This document shows, piece after piece, positions 30,120 to 41,642 of a DNA stretch of 64,000 bases. Location of the stretch: contig JBODTK010000001.1 of assembly GCA_050613775.1 (NCBI GenBank), positions 930,001 to 994,000 on the forward strand, in the 5' to 3' direction. The translations under genes and the position numbers were made by a program. Position 1 is the first letter of the stretch. Every line of letters begins with the position of its first letter. Under the pieces are notes generated by a model. The model was not told where the DNA came from. It saw only the letters and a program-made list of their open reading frames with translations, and did no database searches. The stretch is from Neocallimastix sp. 'constans' (Eukaryota).

Positions 30120-30568
30120 AACACTGATAACTGCTACTATCGATATTCTAATAAAATAATTTTACTAAACTATAGCAATTATTTATTTAGAATATAAGAT
30201 AGTGCATTATCAGAGTTTATATTTTTAACACTGATAACTGCTACTATCGATAATCTAATAAAATAATTTCACTTATTTAATGAAATTACTTATTTAGATT
30301 ATAAGATAGTGCATTATCAGAGTTTTTTTTTTGAACACTGATAACTGCTACTATCGATATTCTATTTCAGTAAATTCAAAAAATAGAAATTTACTATTTT
30401 AGAATATTAGATAGTGCATTATCAGAGTTCATTTTTGATTTATTTTACTTTCAGATACTTTTTATCCAAAACACTGATAACTGCTACTATCGATAATCAA
30501 AAGAAATTTTTCTTATTAAACTTTAATATCTAATTCTTTCGACTATAAGATAGTGCATTATCAGAGTT
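30120..30568. ncRNA. Array of four conserved ~98-nt hairpins (candidate structured ncRNA / miRNA-like precursor cluster)
   Basis: Units 30120-30217, 30227-30324, 30334-30429 and 30470-30568. Each starts aacactgataactgctactatcgata and ends agatagtgcattatcagagtt, which are imperfect reverse complements, and the interiors are variable but self-complementary. The repeat and hairpin structure is certain; the RNA function is inferred. Confidence 0.6.
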
Positions 30569-31811
30569 CGTTTTTTCTTTTTTTTTTTTATTATTCTAAC
30601 TCTATTTTTTTATTATTATTTTGTGAGGAAAAAATCATGAAAGGAAATTGCAATCCTTTTTATACTTTTTTTTATTTCATTTCATTTTTAATTAAATAAT
30701 TATATATATTATTTTTTTATATGTTTTTATTTCTAAATAAAAATTAACTTTAATTAATGTACTATAATATATATATATATTTATATTAATTATATATAAA
30801 TTAATACAAAATTTTGATATAAAAAAATTATTAAACTCTTATGAATATGATTGGATATTCATTTAAAGTTCAATTAAAAATGAAAAGTAAAAAAAAAATT
30901 TCATAAATTAAAACTTTTGTATATATCACAATTGAATATAATATATGAAAATTAAGTTTTCCAATTTATAAAAATTTAATAAAAAATTAATTAAAAAAAA
31001 TTATGAGTAATCTGTATAATATGTATATTAATGTATTAAAATTATGTAGTAAATATATTTTATGTAATATTACAATATATAATGAATAATATGTTTTATG
31101 TTAAATGTGAAATTAATATGTACTATATAGATGTGAAGTATTGTGTATTATGCAATATATTATGTAAAATGTATTCTTTATATATTAGAATAATTTGTAA
31201 TATAGAATGTAATAAAATATATTATTTTGTTATATATAATATTCATTATGTTATTATGTTATGTAATAAAGAAAATGTATTATATATTATGTTTTATGTA
31301 TTATTTATATAGTATGTAAAATGTAATAAATACATAATAAATACATAGTGGATTTGATATTGTACATTATATATTATATTTAAAATATGTAATTTACATT
31401 TATAATATCAATATATTGTATGTTTTATCACACAATATAAAATAATTAGTATTAATAATGCATTATGTATTATATATTAATATAATATGAATTAATGTAT
31501 TGTGCATTAATGTATTTAATATATTATGTATTACGTATTATGTATTATGTAGTTAATGTAGTTTAATGTAGTTTTAATTTATAATTATAAATATTTTATA
31601 TATAAAATAATATTTTTCAATTTTCAATGAATTTGCTTGACATACAACTGTTATAAAGTATTCCCTAGAAGGCATTAACTCTAGTAGTTAATAGTTAGTT
31701 ATGTAATTAGTTAATAATTTATTAATTTATTAATAAGAGTATAATAATTTTATATATTTTTAATTAATGCACTTTTTTTTTATGAATTTTTTTTTATTTA
31801 TTTATTTATTA

Positions 31812-32105
31812 CTCCATAAAAATTATTCTTATTTTAATTTTAAATTTTTTTTTTATTTATTTATTTATTACTCCATAAAAATTATTTTTATTTTAATTTT
31901 AAATTTTTTTTTTTGTAATAAAATATTTATTATTATTAAATTTTTTTATTTTTTTTTTAATTGTTATTAAATTAATTGAAATTTAATAAACTAAATAAAT
32001 AAATTATAGTAAAAAAAAAAATAAAATTTTAAAATAAAATTTAATTAAAAAAAAAAAAAAAATTTAAAAATGAAAATAATTAAAGTAAAAATAATTTTTA
32101 TGGAG
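31812..32105. mobile_element. Foldback / Tc1-mariner (Stowaway-like) MITE candidate
   Basis: ta|ctccataaaaattatt (31812, duplicated at 31871) is inverted relative to aataatttttatggag|ta (ends 32105). TA flanks both termini. Confidence 0.5.
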
Positions 32106-32359
32106 TAATAAATAAAAAAATTTTATATATATGTATATGTTTAAATTATTATTAATGACTGTCATAAAATTATGTATATTAAATCACTAATACACGTGAT
32201 TTATATGAATCTAATGTGCCACAAATGATGAATAGTTAAATACATAAAATGCTCAATGTAATATTTACATTAGAATAGAAAAGTTTAATAACAATTATAC
32301 TTTTATTAACATAATAAATATATGTTAGATTATGAAAATTACCTTTGATCTTCAAATTT

Positions 32360-32500
<141 letters not shown>

Positions 32501-33814
32501 TATTTGTTTTTATATTTATTTTTACTCATAATTTTTAATAAAGAATAGATATTTAATATTTATATTGAACCATTTTAACAGGAGTCTTAATATATCACAA
32601 ATTTTCAATCTGCTTTTTTTTTTTTTTTTTTATAATATTATTAATGCAATCATATTATATATATATATATATATATAATTATATTAATAATCTAACATGA
32701 TTTATTTTTCATATTATCATAATATCATAATCCAAAGATTTAATATGATGATGTTGATTCGTTTTAGTTTCTTTTTTATTTTTATTCTCATTAATACCCA
32801 ACATATAAATATGCCCATCAATATAAAATCAATTCCATCAGAACATAATTTTCTTTTACACTAAATTTATTTTTTTATCCTAACAATAATAAAAAGATTA
32901 TATATATTTATTTTAATCTAACAGTATTTAATATAAGTTTTATTACAACATATAACAGTATAATTTTTTTTTTTTTTTTAGATTAATATTTATTAATTTA
33001 AAAATATTAATATTTATATATTTTCTATCCTATTTTCATTCAATTTTAATTAAAAAATGCAACTATTATTTTATTTTATTTTTTTTATTTTTCTAAAAGA
33101 ATTATTAAAATTTATTGATATTTAACGTAACTATTGTATTTAATAATACTTTGATGAAATTTTTAAGGAAGACCTTTTTAAAAAGTTTAATTTGTTAAAA
33201 CTATTTGCCATAAAAGAAATTGACAAAAATGAATAAAACAAAATATATATAATAAAATTTTAAAGTTTATTGATATTTTTTCTTTTTTTTTTTTTTTTTT
33301 TTTTGATATTAATTATTTCATTAATTAACAATAAAGTATAAAATTATTACTATTAAATATTATTATATATATATTAAAAGCTTATTAAAAGATTTAATAG
33401 CTTTAATTCATAAATAAAAATAAATAATAAATTTATTTATTTATTTTTAATAAATATTTGAAAAATAAAATATAATAATATTTATATTAGATTATTAAGG
33501 AATATCTTCATAAAAAGTTTTATTAATTTATGAAAAGTAATTGCCGTAAAAGAAATTGGCAAAACAGATAAGCAATATATATATATATATATATCAATAT
33601 GAAGGGAAATGTTAAATTTTATTGTTTTTTTTTTTTTTTTCTAATTTTTTTATTAATGAAATGGTTAAAATTATAGTATAGATATCAAATTATTAATGAT
33701 AAAATATTCATCATAATGATAACCAGCTATTTATATTAAAGAAAGCTTACAAGTCACCTTTTGAATTTGAGGATTGATTGAAAAAAAGAGAAGATTTAGA
33801 GAACTTGTGACATC

Positions 33815-33859
<45 letters not shown>

Positions 33860-35994
33860 TTTATTTGAAGATATAAATATGGGAAATTTTATAATGCACC
33901 GGATGTAAAAAATTTTTAATTTATTTAAAGATACAAATAAGGGAAATTCTAAAATACACTATAGAAGTCCACCAATATATTAATTATAATTAATTTTATT
34001 TGCGTCAACCTTTTGATTATTAAAATTTATTTTTGTATGTATTAAATATAAATTTTTAAAACGATAAGTTTTTATCAAAGTATATTATGTTTTATTTAAT
34101 TTATAAATATTATAATTTTTTAAAATATTTTTAAATTTGAATTATTAATAAAATTTAAACATTTTTATTTCTGAATAAATATCAAGTAATGTATTTTTAA
34201 AAATTACAGAACTTCAAGATGAAGGTTTTCAATTTCAAATGTTTTTTAAATGGAAAATTTGTTCTTATATCATAATCTAAATCTATATCCATACTTCTAT
34301 AAATGTATATTTATATAATTTTAATATATATTTCCTAAAAATAACAAATATTTAAAAAATATATATTATGTATAAATTTATATATTTATTAGAATAAGAA
34401 AGGTTATTTAAATATAAAAAAAATTAATTAAAGACAAACTATCTAAATGTTCAAAGAAAATACTAAAAGATAATATTAATATATATATATAAAATATTTA
34501 ATTTATATAAATATTATTTCTGTTTTTTTCTGATATTTTATTAGATTAAGTACTTTGTGAAGTACTTCAACAGGATATGACAAATTTTTCTAATACTGAA
34601 TATTTAAAATTAAATTAAAATAATTATAATGTTTTACTTTTTATCTTTTTTTCAAAAATAGATTTTTAAAATATATTTTTTATTTTAATTTTATTTTAAA
34701 AAAGTAAACATTTTTAAATATAATTAAATCCAAAGTAAATATTTATTTATTGTTTTTAAATTGAAAAATAAATTAATTTATAATTTGCTTATTTATTAAT
34801 TTATTTGAAATTAATAAATTCTAATAATCTTTAAAACAAAGTATTATTAAATTTTGGAATTTAAAAGTGCTACGATAGTTAAATTTTTTATATATTATAT
34901 TTTTTTATAAAATTTTGAATTTTAATTTTTATTCCTTGATAATAAATAAATCCAAAAAAAAAAAAAAATATAAAAAAATAAATAGATAAATAAATAAAAG
35001 TTTATTATCATTTTTATTTGATTTATACAAAAATTATTCTATATTTTTAGATAAAAAAAAAAGAAAACATGAAAAGCAATAATCATATTATATTATAGAA
35101 TTTTATTGAATTAGCTTTTTATGAACTCTTAAAATTATCAATAATATTAATCTATTATCATCACTTATTTATTTATTAAACATTCATGAATTTTCTTTTT
35201 TTTTTTTAAAAAAAAAAAAAAATATATAAATATATATTTAAATTTTTAAATGATTTGTAATAATAAAATTTTATTAACACTTTTTTTTTTTTTTTTTTTG
35301 AAATATATAATTAAAATTCCATTAAAGTCTTTTTATAAATTTCTTACGGATAAATTTTTTTGTATATATATTTAATAGTAAATTTCAATATATTTTGATA
35401 TAAATTATTTAATAGTAACTTTTATTAGTTTTATATATTTATTAAAAAATTATAATAATATATATATATATTTAATTATTTTATATTAATATGATATTAA
35501 AGAATTTTTATTTTTTTATTTTTAATGTTTGATATAGATTGATATTTAAGAAAAATATCATGACTAAAAAAATTAAATTTAATGATATATATTAAATACA
35601 AATATGTATATATATATATATATTCCTTTTTTTCCATTACATTTTAAATAAATAAAAATTAACAAACAAAATAAAAGAAAGAATAATTTTTAATTTACTT
35701 TCTTTAAAAAAATTATTAAACAAAAATCTAACCCTAATCTTAAAATATATCGTAAATTTTTTTTTTAAAAATAAAAGTTAAATATATATAAATTGGTAAC
35801 TTATATCATGGAGAATTAAAAATCATTTTATAATTTTATATATATAGAAACTTTAATAATTATCATAAAATTCATATATATTACGTAATGCAAATTAATT
35901 ATTAATGTTATTTGTTTAAATATTAATTAATTTTTATTTAAAAATAATAATATTTTAATATTCAATTTATACAAGATCTATTTTTATATATAAT

Positions 35995-36610
35995 ATGAGT
36001 GAGGTAGTTGAAGGTATTTACAAGTTGAATTTTATACGAACCAATATATTATTAATTATTCATTTTATTTTATCTAATAAAATTATATATTAAATATATT
36101 TCGTATTTTTATTTAATATGATGATTGATGATTAAATTACAAAAAAAAAAAAAAAAAAAAAAAAAAGAAGTAGTAGTTGAAAATCAAGAAGTGGCAAATC
36201 CACCTTTGGATGAAAATCAGAAGGAACTCAACGAAAATGAAGGAAATGAAGGAAATGAAGGAAATGAAGAAAATGAAGAAAATAAAGAAAATAAAGAAAA
36301 TAAAGAAAATGAAGTAATAAAGGAAGAAAACGAAGTAAAAAAAGAAGAAAAAGACGAGGCTAATAAAGATGATAATAAAAATGATAATGATAATGAACCA
36401 GAAAATAAATTACAACAAAAATCAAAAACAGGAAGTGTTCATGGATCGAAGGAAAATAATTTAGATGAAAAAAGTAATTAAATATTATTATTTCGAAATT
36501 TTTTTTTCAAACTAATATAAAAAAATAAAAAATAGGAATGAAATTAATACTTTATTGAATAAATATTAATAATTAATAAATAATTTTTAAATTATTCATT
36601 TCATTCATCA

Positions 36611-36693
<83 letters not shown>

Positions 36694-37438
36694 ACATTTA
36701 AAATTATTTTAAGAATCTCTATGGAATATTGATCAATTTATTCAACAAGGAATTGAATTAAATGGAAATAACAAAAGTGAAAAAAATGATGATGATAAAA
36801 ACCAGAAAACAATAGATCTTGATGAATTTGAAACTACAACTGAAGAAATTGATTATGAAGCTATAGCATTTGCAGACCCAGACATGGATTTATCAGAGGA
36901 TGATGAATTATCCGGGGATATCGATGCATCAGGTTAATAAATTAATTATTTATAATTATATTTATTCCAATATTTTCTATTGAATAAAATAGTGGAAAAA
37001 AAAATCAATAATTGTTATAGGATAATAATATATATTTATTCTCATATATATATATATTTATATATTTTTTAATTATCCATATATATATTTATAAAATTAT
37101 ATAACAGATGTTCCAACTTGTGAGCTCAATAAATTAGATGTATATAAAACTGCATGTAAAATCATTGATGTTATTCCAGTATCATATTATGCAGATAATA
37201 TGGATAAAGATGAATTAATCATGCGTAATCATGGTTTGGGACCAAAAGGGGCTAAAGCAATCTCAGAATCATTGAATGTAATTAGTTTTATATATATATA
37301 TATATATAAAAGATGATAAATATATAAATTAAAAGTATATTGAATAACAATAATAATATGTTATTATTATTATTCTTATTATACCGTTTTAAATTTTAAA
37401 TATATAAATTAAATAAACTAATTTTATTCTTTTTTATT

Positions 37439-37486
<48 letters not shown>

Positions 37487-38242
37487 AAAAAATTTATAGA
37501 AAACTCATATTCAAATTCTTGATTTATCAGGAAATTGGATTGGTAAAATTTAGTAAATAGATTTTAAAAAGAAAATTATATTTCAATAATTAATAGAATA
37601 TATATTTATATTAAATTAAAATATATATATATATATATATATGAATATTATATCTTTTTTAAAGATGCTGGAGGAAAGTATTTAGCTCATACTATTGCTG
37701 ATAATTGTTTCCTAACTGAGTTAAATTTATCAAATAATCATCTTGGTAAATATATGAATTTTTAATTTAAAAGAAAAATAATTAAGAAAAAAAAAATTGT
37801 AAATATAAGTAAATTAAAAAAATCAAATAACTGTTCAATTATTATTTATATTATATTTAAAATAGGTAATAAGGGTGGTGAACCTATGGGTTATATGCTT
37901 GCTCAAAATACTACTTTGAGAATTTTAAATCTTAGTAGTAATGTATTCTTATAACTAAAATTAAAAAATATATGATATATATATATATATATACACTAAA
38001 ACAGTCATATAAAATTTTACTTATTCTTTTTTATAAAAAAATTTTTATAAAAAAAAAAAAAAGGAAATAATTTAACCAACACTGAAATAAAGACAATATC
38101 TGAAGGATTAAAAGAAAATAATATATTAGTGTGTAAGTATTAAGTATTACTATATATGTGTACATATCATATACATAATAATTTATTAATTATATAAGTA
38201 CTATAAATTAAATAATGCATTTATAAATTGTAATTATTATTA

Positions 38243-38319
<77 letters not shown>

Positions 38320-38323
38320 TAAA

Positions 38324-38399
<76 letters not shown>

Positions 38400-38419
38400 T
38401 AATAATAATAATAATAATA

Positions 38420-38454
<35 letters not shown>

Positions 38455-39652
38455 TTAATAAAAATAAATATGAAGCAATCGATTTAAGCTACAATAAAAT
38501 TGGTGATATTGGTGCTTTATATCTAGGAAAAGCATTAATGTCAAATGATAGTATTAAGGTGTTAAATATAGGTATAATGAAAGTTCAATCTATTTATATA
38601 TATATATATATATTTTTTTAAAAAAAAAAATTATATATTAATATAATACATTATATAAAGGATTGTATAATTTATTAATTATTAATTGTTATTAATATTA
38701 TATTTTTAAATTTAAGGATGGAATGAAATTAGAATGAAAGGTATTTCTGCCTTTTTCCAATGTATGAGATCAAATCAAGGAATTACTGATTTAAGTGTTA
38801 ATGTAAGTAATTATCTATTTTTTTTTTTTTTTCAAAAAAAAAAAAAAAAAAAAAAGAAAGTATTAGATGAAAAATTAAATTGATAAGATTAAAATTGTAT
38901 ATATTGATTTCTGATATATTTATTAAATGAAGAATAATGGTGCAGATGATATTGGAGGTACAGCTATTGTTCAATATATTGATAGTAATAGAGTTATCAC
39001 AAGAATTAATCTAAAGTAAAACTTTCACATAATATATATATAAATTTAATATTATTTTTAATGGAATATAAATGAATTCCAAATAATGTGAATTTTAATT
39101 TAATAATTTATTTTATATTTATGTTACAAATAAAATGAATTCAATATATATATATATATATTAATGACTGATGATAATAAATTAAAAAAAAAAAAAAAAA
39201 AGATCATGCCGTCTTTCTGATAATATATGTTCTTCCTTGTTTAGAGCGCTGGAAACAAATAATAATATAGTTGAAATTATTCTTGATTCTAATTGTTTCA
39301 CTGATGCCATTTACCAATCATTAAGTAATTTCTGTCAAAAAACAAGTACCCCCAGAACAATTCATCTTGAGGTTAATATTTATGAAATCAAATTAAATAG
39401 ATACATATACATATACATATACATATTATATTATATTTATTATATTATAATATAATATAATATATAAATATAAGAGACGAATATTTAAATTATATTGATA
39501 ATTATATTTAACTAATTTATATATTTATTATTTTATTTTTAATAAATATTATGTATATATAAATTTTATAGGATATTAAATTCTCTGAGGATATTAGTAA
39601 AAAAATTGAACAATTAAAGGAAGAAAAACCGGAATTCACATTTTATCTTTAA
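35995..39652 (+). CDS. Multi-exon leucine-rich-repeat protein (RNI-like; LRRC74A/B-like) with acidic N-terminus
   Basis: ATG at 35995 (MSEVVE), then Glu/Asn-rich exons. YKTACKIIDVIPVSYY...MRNHGLGPKGAKAISESL is followed by successive LRR exons (LDLSGNWI, LTELNLSNNHLG, LRILNLS, IDLSYNKIGDIGA). Stop TAA at 39650-39652. Confidence 0.85.
38245..38455. repeat. Intronic (AAT)n microsatellite
   Basis: Directly visible. Another run lies at 36611-36689. Confidence 0.97.
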
Positions 39653-40120
39653 ATTTTTCTTTTTTAATTTAAACAAATATGAATTAAATTTATTAATATA
39701 TATATATCATTATTATCATAATTTTTATTTAATCAATAGTGTATCATTATTTGTATATATACTAATTTATATTTAGAATCAACATTAAAAATGCTATAAT
39801 AAAATAAAATAATTTTTTTTTTAAAAAAAAAAAAGTATTACAATTTTATATAAACATTTATACATTTTATATCTATCTTTCTTATTTTAATAATATTATA
39901 TATTTATTTAGTTATTTTTATATAATACTTAAATTTTTCTTATTTTTAATAGTTTATATTTAAGTATATATGTTATTTCCATTAACGTTTTTCCATATAT
40001 TTTTATTTTATTTTATTTTATTTTATAAATATTTTGATTTCTATAATATATATATTATCTAAATACAAAAATAAGGGTTTATTAAACTAATAAAATAAGA
40101 ATTAAATAAAAATTATATAT

Positions 40121-40169
<49 letters not shown>

Positions 40170-40640
40170 CAATAATTTATAAATCATACTTTAAAAAATA
40201 GAAACAAGAAAAAATATATATATACAAAATAATAAAATTTCAAAGTTGAAATATATTATAATTTTTTATTATTATTATTATATAATATTTAATATTGATA
40301 TATATATCATTTATTTAATAATATTTAATTTTTATAAAAATAATTCTAATTCTAATTATATATTCATTAATTATTTCCTATAATACATCTTTTAGAATCA
40401 TTTTATTTTATTTTATATATGCATTCTAATATTTACAAGTCAATATTATACTTTTATTTTATTTTTATGTTTTATGACATATATACTAATATATATAATA
40501 ATAATAATTTACAATTATTTCTAAATTCATGATATATATATATTAGATTTAAAAAATTATTAAATAGAAAAAAAGAAAAAAGTAATAGTAATATTATTAA
40601 TATTATTATTTCGATAAAATAATTTGAATATATATATAAA

Positions 40641-41642
40641 TTAATGTGCATTATCTGGAACGGTTGCAAGTTTAGCAATATCTCTGTTATTTCTGTCACC
40701 ATAAATTTGTATGTTGTTAAGTTCCTTATTCAAAGCAGCATATTCTTCATCAGTGAGCTTAACATTAGCTGCACCAAGATTTTCTTTAATTCTTTCTTCT
40801 TTTCTCATTCCTGGAATTGGTACAATGAAATCTCCCTTTTTAAGTATCCAAGCTAAAGCAATTTGTGCCTTAGTACATTTTTTTTCTTGAGAGTATTTTT
40901 CAATCAAATCTAATAATGGCTGATTAGCATCCATATTTTCTTTCTTAAATCTGGTAATCACCGTTCTTAAATCATTATTAGCAAAATTATCTTTTGAGGT
41001 ATATTTACCACTTAAGAATCCATTACCCATTGGAGCAAAAGCTTCAAAACCAATACCTAATTCTTGACAAAGAGGAATAACATCCTTTTCCCATTTTCTT
41101 TCCATCATAGAATATTCACTTTGAACAACAGAAACAGAAGTAATAGCATGAGCTTTTTTTAATTGTTCAGCAGTTGGAGATGATAAACCCCAACAACGAA
41201 TTTTGCCTTCTTTAATTAACAAACCCATGACTCTAGCAACTTCTTCAAGATGCTCTTCATCCATAGCATGTAAAATATAAATATCAATGTAGTCAGTTTG
41301 TAAACGTTTTAAGGAACCTTCTAAACATTTTCTAATTCCTTCTTCTGAAAGCTTTTCTTCTTCAATATATTCTAATCCAGGAATTTTTGTTGGCCAAAAT
41401 TTATCAGAAATAATAATTTTATCTCTGGGTAAACCTTTTAAAGCTTTTCCAACAAATTCTTCATTTTTTAAATAGGAATACATTTCAGCAGTATCAAATA
41501 AATTACATCCATTCTCAAAGGCATAATGAACTAAACGAATACCTTCTTCTTCACTTGGACCATCACCATAGGCGTGAGTAAAACCCATACAACCTAAACC
41601 AATAGCAGATACTTTAATATTACCAAAGTTTCTAGTTTCCAT
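40641..41642 (-). CDS. Aldo/keto reductase (AKR13-like), intronless
   Basis: VSAIGLGCMG, FDTAEMY (catalytic D and Y), ISDKF (K), SLKRLQTDYIDIYILH (H), VQSEYS and IPGMRKEERIKENL. Confidence 0.95.
   Translation of the reverse strand: METRNFGNIKVSAIGLGCMGFTHAYGDGPSEEEGIRLVHYAFENGCNLFDTAEMYSYLKNEEFVGKALKGLPRDKIIISDKFWPTKIPGLEYIEEEKLSEEGIRKCLEGSLKRLQTDYIDIYILHAMDEEHLEEVARVMGLLIKEGKIRCWGLSSPTAEQLKKAHAITSVSVVQSEYSMMERKWEKDVIPLCQELGIGFEAFAPMGNGFLSGKYTSKDNFANNDLRTVITRFKKENMDANQPLLDLIEKYSQEKKCTKAQIALAWILKKGDFIVPIPGMRKEERIKENLGAANVKLTDEEYAALNKELNNIQIYGDRNNRDIAKLATVPDNAH

Noticed and set aside
30120..30568. CRISPR array interpretation of the repeat/variable/repeat pattern
   Set aside because: Two alternating, mutually complementary repeats with self-pairing and partly homologous interiors. 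The context is eukaryotic and there are no cas genes.
30120..30568. Box C/D snoRNA or SECIS interpretation
   Set aside because: No RTGATGA/CTGA pair in terminal positions and no ATGA...GA quartet; the ctga/tcag bases are fully paired in the stem.
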